DNA of 64,000 nucleotides, from contig OZ024750.1 of assembly GCA_964016885.1 (NCBI GenBank), positions 40,610,001-40,674,000 of the forward strand, read 5' to 3'. Both the position numbers and the translations under genes were made by a program. This DNA is from Eledone cirrhosa. Taxonomy: Eukaryota. Below are positions 38,001 to 52,238 of the stretch, one piece after another; the first letter of the stretch is position 1, and the number at the start of each line of letters is the position of its first letter. The notes below the pieces were generated by a model. That model searched no databases and had not been told where the DNA came from. It saw nothing but the letters and a program-made list of their open reading frames with translations.

Positions 38001-41000
38001 TATATTTCGCTGTCTGTGACTATATCCTATATATTCCATTGTCTGTGACTATATCCTATATATTCCATTGTCTGTGACTATATCCTGTATATTTCGCTGT
38101 CTGTGACTATATCCTATATATTCCATTGTCTGTGACTATATCCTATATATTCCATTGTCTGTGACTATATCCTGTATATTTCGCTGTCTGTGACTATATC
38201 CTATATATTCCATTGTCTGTGACTATATCCTATATATTCCATTGTCTGTGACTATATCCTGTATATTTCGCTGTCTGTGACTATATCCTATATATTCCAT
38301 TGTCTGTGACTATATCCTATATATTCCATTGTCTGTGACTATATCCTGTATATTTCGCTGTCTGTGACTATATCCTATATATTCCATTGTCTGTGACTAT
38401 ATCCTATATATTCCATTGTCTGTGACTATATCCTGTATATTTCGCTGTCTGTGACTATATCCTATATATTCCATTGTCTGTGACTATATCCTATATATTC
38501 CATTGTCTGTGACTATATCCTATATATTCCATTGTCTGTGACTATATCCTATATATTCCATTGTCTGTGACTATATCCTGTATATTTCGCTGTCTGTGAC
38601 TATATCCTATATATTCCATTGTCTGTGACTATATCCTATATATTCCATTGTCTGTGACTATATCCTATATATTCCATTGTCTGTGACTATATCCTGTATA
38701 TTTCGCTGTCTGTGACTATATCCTATATATTCCATTGTCTGTGACTATATCCTATATATTCCATTGTCTGCGACTATTTCCTGTATATTTCGCTGTCTGT
38801 GACTATATCCTATATATTCCATTGTCTGTGACTATATCCTATATATTCCATTGTCTGTGACTATATCCTATATATTCCATTGTCTGTGACTATATCCTAT
38901 ATATTCCATTGTCTGTGACTATATCCTGTATATTTCGCTGTCTGTGACTATATCCTATATATTCCATTGTCTGTGACTATATCCTATATATTCCATTGTC
39001 TGTGATTATATCCTATATATTCCACTGTCTGTGATTATATCCTATATATTCCACTGTCTGTGACTATATCCTATATATTCCACTGTCTGTGACTATATCC
39101 TATATATTCCATTGTCTGTGACTATATTCTATATATTCCATTGTCTGTGACTATATTCTATATATTCCACTGTCTGTGATTATATCCTATATATTCCACT
39201 GTCTGTGATTATATCCTATATATTCCACTGTCTGTGACTATATCCTATATATTCCATTGTCTGTGACTATATCCTATATATTCCATTGTCTGTGACTATA
39301 TTCTATATATTCCACTGTCTGTGATTATATCCTATATATTCCACTGTCTGTGATTATATCCTATATATTCCACTGTCTGTGACTATATCCTATATATTCC
39401 ACTGTCTGTGACTATATCCTATATATTCCATTGTCTGTGACTATATTCTATATATTCCACTGTCTGTGACTATATCCTATATATTCCATTGTCTGTGACT
39501 ATATCCTATATATTCCATTGTCTGTGACTATATCCTATATATTCCATTGTTGTGACTATATCCTATATATTCCATTGTCTGTGACTATATCCTATATATT
39601 CCACTGTCTGTGACTATATCCTATATATTCCATTGTCTGTGACTATATCCTATATATTCCATTGTCTGTGACTATATCCTATATATTCCATTGTCTGTGA
39701 CTATATCCTATATATTCCATTGTCTGTGACTATATCCTATATATTCCATTGTCTGTGACTATATCCTATATATTCCATTGTCTGTGACTATATCCTATAT
39801 ATTCCACTGTCTGTGACTATATCCTATATATTCCATTGTCTGTGACTATATCCTATATATTCCATTGTCTGTGACTATATCCTATATATTCCACTGTCTG
39901 TGATTATATCCTATATATTCCACTGTCTGTGACTATATCCTATATATTCCACAGTCTGTGACTATATCCTGTATATTCCACTGTCTGTGACTATATCCTG
40001 TATATTCCACTGTCTGTGACTATATCCTATATATTCCACTGTCTGTGGCTATATCCTATATATTCCACTGTCTGTGACTATATCCTATATATTCCACTGT
40101 CTGTGACTATATCCTATATATTCCACTGTCTGTGACTATATCCTGTATATTCCATTGTCTGTGACTATATCCCGTATATTTCGCTGTCTGTGACTATATC
40201 CTATATATTCCACTGTCTGTGACTATATCCTGTATATTCCATTGTCTGTGACTATATCCTATATATTCCACTGTCTGTGACTATATCCTATATATTCCAT
40301 TGTCTGTGACTATATCCTATATATTCCATTGTCTGTGACTATATCCTATATATTCCACTGTCTGTGACTATATCCTGTACATTCCATTGTCTGTGACTAT
40401 ATCCTATATATTCCACTGTCTGTGACTATATCCTGTATATTCCATTGTCTGTGACTATATCCTATATATTCCATTGTCTGTGACTATATCCTATATATTC
40501 CATTGTCTGTGACTATATCCTATATATTCCACTGTCTGTGACTATATCCTATATATTCCACTGTCTGTGACTATATCCTATATATTCCATTGTCTGTGAC
40601 TATATCCTATATATTCCACTGTCTGTGACTATATCCTATATATTCCACTGTCTGTGATTATATCCTGTATATTCCACTGTCTGTGACTATATCCTATATA
40701 TTCCATTGTCTGTGACTATATCCTATATATTCCACTGTCTGTGACTATATCCTGTATATTCCACTGTCTGTGACTATATCCTATATATTCCACTGTCTGT
40801 GATTATATCCTATATATTCCATTGTCTGTGACTATATCCTATATATTCCACTGTCTGTGACTATATCCTATATATTCCACTGTCTGTCACTATATCCTAT
40901 ATATTCCATTGTCTGTGACTATATCCTATAAATTCCACTGTCTGTGATTATATCCTATATATTCCACTGTCTGTGATTATATCCTATATATTCCACTGTC

Positions 41001-44000
41001 TGTGACTATATCCTATATTACATTGTCTGTGACTATATCCTATATATTCCATTGTCTGTGACTATATCCTGTATATTTCGCTGTCTGTGACTATATCCTA
41101 TATATTCCACTGTCTGTGACTATATCCTATATATTCCATTGTCTGTGACTATATCCTATATATTCCATTGTCTGTGACTATATCCTGTATATTTCGCTGT
41201 CTGTGACTATATCCTATATATTCCATTGTCTGTGACTATATCCTATATATTCCATTGTCTGTGACTATATCCTATATATTCCATTGTCTGTGACTATATC
41301 CTATATATTCCATTGTCTGTGACTATATCCTGTATATTTCGCTGTCTGTGACTATATCCTATATATTCCATTGTCTGTGACTATATCCTATATATTCCAT
41401 TGTCTGTGACTATATCCTATATATTCCATTGTCTGTGACTATATCCTGTATATTTCGCTGTCTGTGACTATATCCTATATATTCCATTGTCTGTGACTAT
41501 ATCCTATATATTCCATTGTCTGCGACTATTTCCTGTATATTTCGCTGTCTGTGACTATATCCTATATATTCCATTGTCTGTGACTATATCCTATATATTC
41601 CATTGTCTGTGACTATATCCTATATATTCCATTGTCTGTGACTATATCCTATATATTCCATTGTCTGTGACTATATCCTGTATATTTCGCTGTCTGTGAC
41701 TATATCCTATATATTCCATTGTCTGTGACTATATCCTATATATTCCATTGTCTGTGATTATATCCTATATATTCCACTGTCTGTGATTATATCCTATATA
41801 TTCCACTGTCTGTGACTATATCCTATATATTCCACTGTCTGTGACTATATCCTATATATTCCATTGTCTGTGACTATATTCTATATATTCCATTGTCTGT
41901 GACTATATTCTATATATTCCACTGTCTGTGATTATATCCTATATATTCCACTGTCTGTGATTATATCCTATATATTCCACTGTCTGTGACTATATCCTAT
42001 ATATTCCATTGTCTGTGACTATATCCTATATATTCCATTGTCTGTGACTATATTCTATATATTCCACTGTCTGTGATTATATCCTATATATTCCACTGTC
42101 TGTGATTATATCCTATATATTCCACTGTCTGTGACTATATCCTATATATTCCACTGTCTGTGACTATATCCTATATATTCCATTGTCTGTGACTATATTC
42201 TATATATTCCACTGTCTGTGACTATATCCTATATATTCCATTGTCTGTGACTATATCCTATATATTCCATTGTCTGTGACTATATCCTATATATTCCATT
42301 GTTGTGACTATATCCTATATATTCCATTGTCTGTGACTATATCCTATATATTCCACTGTCTGTGACTATATCCTATATATTCCATTGTCTGTGACTATAT
42401 CCTATATATTCCATTGTCTGTGACTATATCCTATATATTCCATTGTCTGTGACTATATCCTATATATTCCATTGTCTGTGACTATATCCTATATATTCCA
42501 TTGTCTGTGACTATATCCTATATATTCCATTGTCTGTGACTATATCCTATATATTCCACTGTCTGTGACTATATCCTATATATTCCATTGTCTGTGACTA
42601 TATCCTATATATTCCATTGTCTGTGACTATATCCTATATATTCCACTGTCTGTGATTATATCCTATATATTCCACTGTCTGTGACTATATCCTATATATT
42701 CCACAGTCTGTGACTATATCCTGTATATTCCACTGTCTGTGACTATATCCTGTATATTCCACTGTCTGTGACTATATCCTATATATTCCACTGTCTGTGA
42801 CTATATCCTATATATTCCACTGTCTGTGACTATATCCTATATATTCCACTGTCTGTGACTATATCCTATATATTCCACTGTCTGTGACTATATCCTGTAT
42901 ATTCCATTGTCTGTGACTATATCCCGTATATTTCGCTGTCTGTGACTATATCCTATATATTCCACTGTCTGTGACTATATCCTGTATATTCCATTGTCTG
43001 TGACTATATCCTATATATTCCACTGTCTGTGACTATATCCTATATATTCCATTGTCTGTGACTATATCCTATATATTCCATTGTCTGTGACTATATCCTA
43101 TATATTCCACTGTCTGTGACTATATCCTGTACATTCCATTGTCTGTGACTATATCCTATATATTCCACTGTCTGTGACTATATCCTGTATATTCCATTGT
43201 CTGTGACTATATCCTATATATTCCATTGTCTGTGACTATATCCTATATATTCCATTGTCTGTGACTATATCCTATATATTCCACTGTCTGTGACTATATC
43301 CTATATATTCCACTGTCTGTGACTATATCCTATATATTCCATTGTCTGTGACTATATCCTATATATTCCACTGTCTGTGACTATATCCTATATATTCCAC
43401 TGTCTGTGATTATATCCTGTATATTCCACTGTCTGTGACTATATCCTATATATTCCATTGTCTGTGACTATATCCTATATATTCCACTGTCTGTGACTAT
43501 ATCCTGTATATTCCACTGTCTGTGACTATATCCTATATATTCCACTGTCTGTGATTATATCCTATATATTCCATTGTCTGTGACTATATCCTATATATTC
43601 CACTGTCTGTGACTATATCCTATATATTCCACTGTCTGTCACTATATCCTATATATTCCATTGTCTGTGACTATATCCTATAAATTCCACTGTCTGTGAT
43701 TATATCCTATATATTCCACTGTCTGTGATTATATCCTATATATTCCACTGTCTGTGACTATATCCTATATTACATTGTCTGTGACTATATCCTATATATT
43801 CCATTGTCTGTGACTATATCCTGTATATTTCGCTGTCTGTGACTATATCCTATATATTCCACTGTCTGTGACTATATCCTATATATTCCATTGTCTGTGA
43901 CTATATCCTATATATTCCATTGTCTGTGACTATATCCTATATATTCCATTGTCTGTGACTATATCCTATATATTCCACTGTCTGTGACTATATCCTGTAT

Positions 44001-46234
44001 ATTCCATTGTCTGTGACTATATCCTATATATTCCATTGTCTGTGACTATATCCTATATATTCCACTGTCTTTGACTATATCCTGTATATTTCGCTGTCTG
44101 TGACTATATCCTATATATTCCATTGTCTGTGACTATATCCTGTATATTTCGCTGTCTGTGACTATATCCTATATATTCCACTGTCTGTGACTATATCCTA
44201 TATATTCCACTGTCTGTGATTATATCCTATATATTCCACTGTCTGTGATTATATCCTATATATTCCACTGTCTGTGACTATATCCTATATATTCTACTGT
44301 CTGTGACTATATCCTATATATTCCATTGTCTGTGACTATATCCTATATATTCCATTGTCTGTGACTATATCCTATATATTCCACTGTCTGTGACTATATC
44401 CTATATATTCCACTGTCTGTGACTATATCCTATATATTCCACTGTCTGTGACTATATCCTATATATTCCACTGTCTGTGACTATATCCTATATATTCCAT
44501 TGTCTGTGACTATATCCTATATATTCCATTGTCTGTGACTATATCCTATATATTCCACTGTCTGTGATTACATCCTATATATTCCACTGTCTGTGACTAT
44601 ATCCTATATATTCCATTGTCTGTGACTATATCCTATATATGCCATTGTCTGTGACTATATCCTGTATATTCCACTGTCTGTGACTATATCCTACATATTC
44701 CACTGTCTGTGATTATATCCTATATATTCCACTGTCTGTGACTATATCCTATATATTCCACTGTCTGTGACTATATCCTATATATTCCATTGTCTGTGAC
44801 TATATCCTATATATTCCACTGTCTGTGACTATATCCTGTATATTCCACTGTCTGTGACTATATCCTATATATTCCACTGTCTGTGACTATATCCTATATA
44901 TTCCGCTGTCTGTGACTATATCCTGTATATTCCATCGTCTGTGACTATATCCTATATATTCCACTGTCTGTGACTATATCCTGTATATTCCACTGTCTGT
45001 GACTATATCCTATATATTCCATTGTCTGTGACTATATCCTATATATTCCACTGTCTGTGACTATATCCTATATATTCCACTGTCTGTGACTATATCCTAT
45101 ATATTCCACTGTCTGTGACTATATCCTATATATTCCATTGTCTGTGACTATATCCTATATATTCCACTCTCGGTGACTATATCCTATATATTCCACTGTC
45201 TGTGACTATATCCTATATATTCCACTGTCTGTGACTATATCCTATATATTCCACTGTCTGTGACTATATCCTATATATTCCACTGTCTGTGACTATATCC
45301 TGTTTATTCCATTGTCTGTGACTATATCCTGTATATTCCATTGTCTGTGACTATATCCTATATATTCCACCGTCTGTGACTATATCCTATATATTCCACT
45401 GTCTGTGACTATATCCTATATATTCCACTGTCTGTGACTATATCCTATATATTCCACTGTCTGTGACTATATCCTATATATTCCACTGTCTGTGACTATA
45501 TCCTATATATTCCATTGTCTGTGACTATATCCTATATATTCCACTGTCTGTGACTATATCCTGTATATTCCACTGTCTGTGACTATATCCTATATATTCC
45601 ACTGTCTGTGACTATATCCTATATATTCCACTGTCTCTGACTATATCCTGTATATTCCATTGTCTGTGACTATATCCTATATATTCCACTGTCTGTGACT
45701 ATATCCTGTATATTCCACTGTCTGTGACTATATCCTATATATTCCATTGTCTGTGACTATATCCTATATATTCCACTGTCTGTGACTATATCCTGTATAT
45801 TCCACTGTCTGTGACTATATCCTATATATTCCACTGTCTGTGACTATATCCTATATATTCCATTGTCTGTGACTATATCCTATATATTCCACTGTCTGTG
45901 ACTATATCCTATATATTCCACTGTCTGTGACTATATCCTATATATTCCACTGTCTGTGACTATATCCTATATATTCCACTGTCTGTGACTATATCCTGTA
46001 TATTCCATTGTCTGTGACTATATCCTGTATATTCCATTGTCTGTGACTATATCTTATATATTCCACTGTCTGTGACTATATCCTATATATTCCACTGTCT
46101 GTGACTATATCCTATATATTCCACTGTCTGTGACTATATCCTATATATTCCACTGTCTGTGACTATATCCTATATATTCCACTGTCTGTGACTATATCCT
46201 ATATATTCCACTGTCTGTGACTATATCCTGTATA
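29001..46234. repeat. Satellite with 29-bp unit CTGTGACTATATCCTATATATTCCA(C/T)TGT, ~17.2 kb
   Basis: Direct reading; period 29; recurrent variant CCTGTATATTTCGCTGT. Confidence 0.97.
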
Positions 46235-46260
46235 AACTTTTCTATTCTTGTGTCATACAG

Positions 46261-47438
46261 GCTACCATATCCCCCATTTTCCGAAGCAGATGTGCCGTAA
46301 ATGACAAACTGCGCACACATTCTGCCCCACAATGGGCATACTGCGACAAGAATAATATAACAAAACATACTTCCCGGCTCCTCGGGAAATCGCCACCTTT
46401 GTTTTCCCCTACTCAAATTAATATCAATTTCAATGGAAATAAGTTGACTACCTCAAACAGCAAATCTTCACTAGAAAACAGTGGAAGTTGGAGTTCATTT
46501 GAAACCATAAACAATTCAACAATTGAATGCAGTCCCTCTAGTTCAACTGAAGTTATCAAACAACATCAATATATACTGAATAAAGTGAAATTCATGGATA
46601 CCTCTCCAATACAGCAAATCTCAAAGAAGCTCTTTTCTTCTGTGTGGAATGTTCCACAAAACTTTCAAAATAAACAACTGAAAAAAGCAAATTCCAAATC
46701 CTTCGGTGAACAACTGAATTTATCTGAATCTCTGCCATTTGATACAGGCTGCAAATGCAGCAAATTGTGCACTTCTTCCTGCAGCAAAAATGCAAAGCCT
46801 TGCGTGAAATTGGAAATGTTGTATGATCAATCGTACTTGAATGAAAGCGATCAACAAAATAATGTCACTAATGCAGTTACTTCAGATGTTGATCGGAGTA
46901 TTGCAAAAAACTTAAATAACCTTAAATTAAACGAAACTGAAGAAACTACTAAAACAACAAGATCAGGTACCACTAAGGAAATTGGTGACATAAAGATAGT
47001 TCAATCCTTGATCACCGATGATGACCTAGATTTTGGCATTTTCAGCCCAAATACAAAATCCGCTAATAGCAAATCTAATGAAAACCAGAAGATTCGACAG
47101 AAGCCTAACATAATTTCCTCGTCACCATCTGGAGCTGGTACCAGTAGAAAGGACCTCTCAAAAGAAATTAACGAGGTAAAGCCAGATCCATCCTTGATCA
47201 ATGATGATGACATTTTCAACCAAAATCCCAAATCCCCTGAAGAGTATTTTCCTAGATGCAAATCTCATGGCAACCATAAGAATCGACGGAAGCCTAAAGC
47301 GATTACCTGCAAAAATAAACACTCCAATTTGAACACACGTAGCAAAAACATTTCAACGAAGTCTGTAACTCAAATATCTTTAGCCAACAAAAACAAAGTA
47401 AAAATTAACGAGAAGTCATCCAGTTCATTATCTTCACA
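46261..47438 (+). CDS. FN3-domain protein, exon 11 (1178 nt, Ser/Asn/Lys-rich, likely disordered)
   Basis: tcatacag acceptor; open frame ATISPIFRSRC... in frame with ORF 46399-47442; CA|gtaagt donor; phase 0 to 2. Confidence 0.88.
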
Positions 47439-47464
47439 GTAAGTATTATATTTAACTTTGCCCT

Positions 47465-48370
47465 AGGGCGGTGGATTGGCAGTATCGGTAGAGTGTCGGA
47501 CGCCATGCTTTCCAGCATAGTTACGTCCCTTTACGATCTGAGTTCAAATCCTGCCGAGGTTGACTTTGCCTTTCATCCTTACGGGGTCGATAAAATAAAG
47601 TACCAGTAATGCACTGGGTAATTGCTGGCCTTGTGCCTAAAGTAGAAACAATTATATTTAACTTTGCCTTTCATCCTTACGGGGTCGATAAAATAAAGTA
47701 CCAGTAATGCACTGGGTAATTGCTGGCCTTGTGCCTAAAGTAGAAACAATGATATTTAACTTTGCCTTTCATCCTTACGGGGTCGATAAAATAAAGTACC
47801 AGTAATGCACTGGGATAATTGCTGGCCTTGTGCCAAAAGTAGAAATAATTATTTCATACATAGGTGGATTGGCAGTATTGGTAGAGGGTCGGACGCCATG
47901 CTTTATAGCAAAGAGTTACGGCCCTTTATGGTCTGAGTTAAAATCCCGTCGAGGTTAACTTTGCCTGACGGGGTGTCGATAAAATAAAGCACCAGTAATA
48001 CACTGGGATAATTGCAACATATAGTTATGGCCCTTTACGTTCTGGGTTCAAATCCCGCCAAGGTTAGCTTTGCCTTTCATCCTTACTGGATCGATAAAAT
48101 AAAGTACCAGTAATGCAATGGGGTTGATTTAATCGACTCCCCCCCCCCACACACACACACACATTGCTGGCCTTGTGCCTAAAATAGAAACAATTATTTC
48201 ATACATACATGCATACGTACACATACATATATGTTCATTTACGTAAATATACATACACTTACATACATATATGCATACGTACACAAATATACATATATCC
48301 GAGGTCAACTTTGCCTTTTATCCATTCGAGATCTATAAAAAAAAGTACCAGTCTAGTACTGGGGGTCGAT
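47465..48370 (+). mobile_element. Cluster of SINE family A copies with a triplicated 3' half
   Basis: Full copy from 47465; ACTTTGCCTTTCATCC...GTAGAAACAAT repeated three times; further copies at 47862-48200 and 48298-48370. Confidence 0.85.
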
Positions 48371-48546
48371 TCCTTATCTCTATCTCACTTTCTATCTTTC
48401 TCTGGAATGAATCTGCTGTACTCAGGCCCGGACAGGGATGGGCTCCATCACTTAAAATGCCCAAGAAACGTTGTATGTCAATACGGCGCTCTTACGACTC
48501 AGGAGTTGCGGAAGTTACGGGACCATATGATACTATAAAAATACAT

Positions 48547-49008
48547 TGGCATACGTCAAGACGGGCGGTCTCAAAAGTGAAACTAATTTTTGACAGTTAG
48601 AATTGTGTACATGCATATATATATATACATCTACGAATTCATACAAATGTGTATGTGTGCATAAATATATATATACATACACATATATATACAGACACAT
48701 ATATATACACACAAACGCACATATATATACACACAAACACACATATATATACATATATGTTTGTGTGTATATATGTGTTTGTGTGTATATATGTGTTTGT
48801 GTGTATATATATGTGTGTTTGTGTGTATATATATGTGCGTTTGTGTGTATATATATGTGTCTGTATATATATGTGTATGTATATATATATTTATGCACAC
48901 ATACACATTTGTATGAATTCGTAGATGTATATATATATATGCATGTACACAATTCTAACTGTCAAAAATTAGTTTCACTTTTGAGACCGCCCGTCTTGAC
49001 GTATGCCA
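48547..49008. mobile_element. Foldback/MULE-type non-autonomous DNA transposon
   Basis: ~200-bp inverted arms TGGCATACGTCAAG...CTTGACGTATGCCA; perfect 9-bp TSD AAAATACAT at 48538-48546 and 49009-49017. Confidence 0.85.
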
Positions 49009-49097
49009 AAAATACATATATACATTTACGAACGTAAATTTGTATTTACCTACACATACATATATTTATGCACACACGCACACACGCACACACGCAC

Positions 49098-49163
<66 letters not shown>

Positions 49164-49424
49164 CTGTTGAAACGGTCGGAGCTCAGCCGTCGGGGTCCTG
49201 ACTCTTTTCCTATTACCCACTCTACTAACCTAAGTATTGAGTACTCTGGTGCGTTATGGTCCACCTGGTATCTTACCACACATTCTTTGTTATATATATA
49301 TATATACATACATACATACATATATATGACACACGACCGTGACCTCTGGCGTCACGCAGTAATACAGAGTACCCGACCTCCCATGGGTACAAGCTGAAGC
49401 ATATAGACAATATGCCCCCACACC

Positions 49425-49932
49425 CTCCCACTGCAAGGTGGTCGTGGAGGTGCCATGGCAAAAAAGCACCCAGCCCACACTGTAAAGTGGACGTGTAGGC
49501 GCCACGGAAAAAGCACCCAGCCCACACTGTAAAGTGGACGTGTAGGCGCCACGGAAAAAGCACCCAGCCCACACTGTAAAGTGGACGTGTAGGCGCCACG
49601 GAAAAAGCACCCAGCCCACACTGTAAAGTGGACGTGTAGGCGCCACGGAAAAAGCACCCAGCCCACACTGTAAAGTGGACGTGTAGGCGCCACGGAAAAA
49701 GCACCCAGCCCACACTGTAAAGTGGACGTGTAGGCGCCACGGAAAAAGCACCCAGCACTCACTGTAAATGAGGTTGGTGTTAGGAAGGGCATCCAGCTGT
49801 AGAAATCAAGCCAGATCAGTTCCCGTATGAGCAAGGCATGGTCAGCCGACCAGACACTGCCCACAACAGGACAACCCGTCTAACCCATGCTAGCGTGGAA
49901 GAACGGATGTAAAACGGTGATGATGATGATGA
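49425..49932 (+). mobile_element. SINE B 3' part with internal 47-bp tandem amplification
   Basis: AAAAAGCACCCAGCCCACACTGTAAAGTGGACGTGTAGGCGCCACGG about six times, then GGAAGGGCATCCAGCTGTAGAAA and a (TGA)n tail. Confidence 0.8.
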
Positions 49933-49964
49933 TATATATATTATATATATTTGCATATCTGTCG

Positions 49965-50411
49965 TTGTACGTAAAAGGAGAGTAAGATTTGCTGGCCACT
50001 GCCATCGTGCCACCTCTGAGGCTATGTCCCCTTTAGTGCTATAGAAACCACAAGCAGTCATTAACAACAGGGGGCGCAACTCTCCTACCCCAATTTGCTG
50101 GCCACTGCCATCGTGCCACCTCTGAGGCTATGTCCCCTTTAGTGCTATAGAAACCACAAGCAGTCATTAACAACAGGGGGCGCAACTCTCCTACCCCAAT
50201 TTGCTGGCCACTGCCATCGTGCCACCTCTGAGGCTATGTCCCCTTTAGTGCTATAGAAACCACAAGCAGTCATTAATAACAGGGGGCACAACTCTCCTAC
50301 CCTGATGTCATCTCTAGAGATTCTGGTATTGAAATCCAAGATTTGACAACGGCAATGAACGACAGACCCACGTGGAGACCAATTGTTGAGTCGATTCTGG
50401 CTGAGGCCACC

Positions 50412-50445
<34 letters not shown>
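49965..50445 (+). mobile_element. LINE (RTE-like) 3' end with a 106-bp triplication and (TGA)n tail
   Basis: RKRRVRFAGHCHRATSEA... and ...PDVISRDSGIEIQDLTTAMNDRPTWRPIVESILAEATG*(TGA)n; repeats start at about 49987, 50093 and 50199. Confidence 0.7.
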
Positions 50446-50759
50446 ATATATGCATACGTACACATACATACATGCATACGCACACATACATAAGTACTGA
50501 CCGACAGAGACACTCATACAAACATACATACATTCATACATACATACATGATGGCTGCCCCCTTGTTATCAAGTATGGCCATTGCACGATATACCATTAT
50601 TAATAATTATTAATTAATTCTATCGTGCAATGCCTGCGTGTGAAGATATTTTTTAAAGTGAGGAAAGACTGTGCACTGAGCCAATCCCACTCTCTGAGCG
50701 ACAGTAGCTATAACCCGAAAAGAAGAAAAGATCAACATCATCAGTAACTACTGAGCCGC

Positions 50760-51175
50760 AGGTTTTATATTGGAGTTAACCCAGTTTCCTGAGTTGCCTT
50801 CTCCTAGAAGAATGCCCTGACAAAGGCTAGGGGGTCCTTCACTCCCAGTGGTTTAACCGCGCGATCGGGTGTCCAACCTGACTATTTCTATGTCCCCGTG
50901 CATACACACACACATGCACCCATGTATATACACAGATACATATACATACACATGCACATGTGTATATACATATTTACACACTTTTGGATGGCCGTTGACT
51001 CGTATGAGTTCTTCCGCCCTTTGTCAGGTTTTTTTTTTATCCTGCAGGGTGTCCAAAATCACCCTCCTCACCAAGTAAACTTGGTGGGGTTGCCGGTTTA
51101 GTCGCCGACGACACGACCATGTGACAGGTTGTACTGGATTACATGTTACTAGTAGCACTCAAGAGTGACCCGACA
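50760..51175 (-). mobile_element. Interspersed repeat homologous to 4184-4465, split by a CA/TA-rich insertion
   Basis: Reverse-complement similarity in two blocks (50760-50885 and 50985-51175). Confidence 0.6.
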
Positions 51176-51229
51176 TAAACATACATACATACATACATAC
51201 ATACATACATACATACATACATACATACA

Positions 51230-51263
<34 letters not shown>

Positions 51264-51291
51264 CATACATACATACATACATACATACATA

Positions 51292-51890
51292 CAATAAAAT
51301 GCAGGCATAACAGACCAGATATGATATGGGACAGGGAGAAGAAAACATGCACAGTAGTGGAAATTAGCTGCCCAGAAGATGCCAATATAATATAAAAGAT
51401 TAGTGAAAAGGAGAATATTTATGCAGAACTGATGAGAAATCTGCAGATACTCCACCCTGATTACACCTTCAGATTTATACCTGTGATTATTGGGATACTG
51501 GGGTATGTTAGTAACTGCCTCAATACAAATCTTGAGAAGCTAGGCTTCACGGGAGCAGAAAGAACACAACTAGTTAGGAAATTACAAGTACAATCCATTA
51601 ATGGAACAGTAAAAATGTGTAAAACATTCCATAAATTTTGCATCTAATAACTGCATATACACATGTACAGATGCAAAGCATATACACATGCACACACACA
51701 ACTCAAAACATACACATCCACACATACAATAACATCCATATCTACACATGCATGCATACATATTCTACCTAGTTGATGTTGTGTAAATTCCAATGAGAGA
51801 GTCTTGTGTCTATGTTAGAAACCGACTCTCTCTCTATTGGCAAACATTTGTGAAATTATAAAACCAGAAGAACATACATACAACAACAAT
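51292..51890 (+). mobile_element. 5'-truncated non-LTR retrotransposon with restriction-like endonuclease (R2/R4/NeSL group)
   Basis: KCRHNRPDMIWDREKKTCTVVEISCP...EKENIYAEL...FIPVIIGILG matches the RPD...E...K..Y...P+++G.LG pattern of REL domains; stop at 51647, then 3' UTR. Confidence 0.8.
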
Positions 51891-51930
51891 AATGAATCAT
51901 TCTATATATTATCAAACACCATTTTGGCAG

Positions 51931-52238
51931 GTCCAATGAATCAGAGGAAGGAAACAAGGCCCCGGCTGAAACAACCACTGGGTTAAATAAACAACATAAT
52001 CGGTATATGACAGAGATTAATTTAACTTGCTGCACGAAGAAGAGGCCAGTATCTATGAGAGGGAAATCATCTTATATGGACCTGAACAAGGTAACATTGG
52101 CATCAAACAACATTGGCTATCGTCACAAATCAGCTGACTTTAGGAAAAGTTTCATACCCAGTCAAATCCGTGCTCAACCAAGCAATCTCCCTCAACGCCA
52201 TCTAGAAAGGATCACTACAACTTTATCGGAAATGAACA
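51931..52238 (+). CDS. FN3-domain protein, exon 12 (QSNESEEGNKAPAETTTG...ERITTTLSEMN)
   Basis: ttttggcag acceptor; ACA|gtaata donor gives phase 2 to 1, compatible with both neighbours; the 3' boundary is less certain. Confidence 0.7.

Noticed and set aside
46399-47442. Stand-alone 347-aa gene
   Set aside because: Starts at TTG, the frame extends upstream to an acceptor, and the stop lies within the GTAAGT donor; it is an internal exon.
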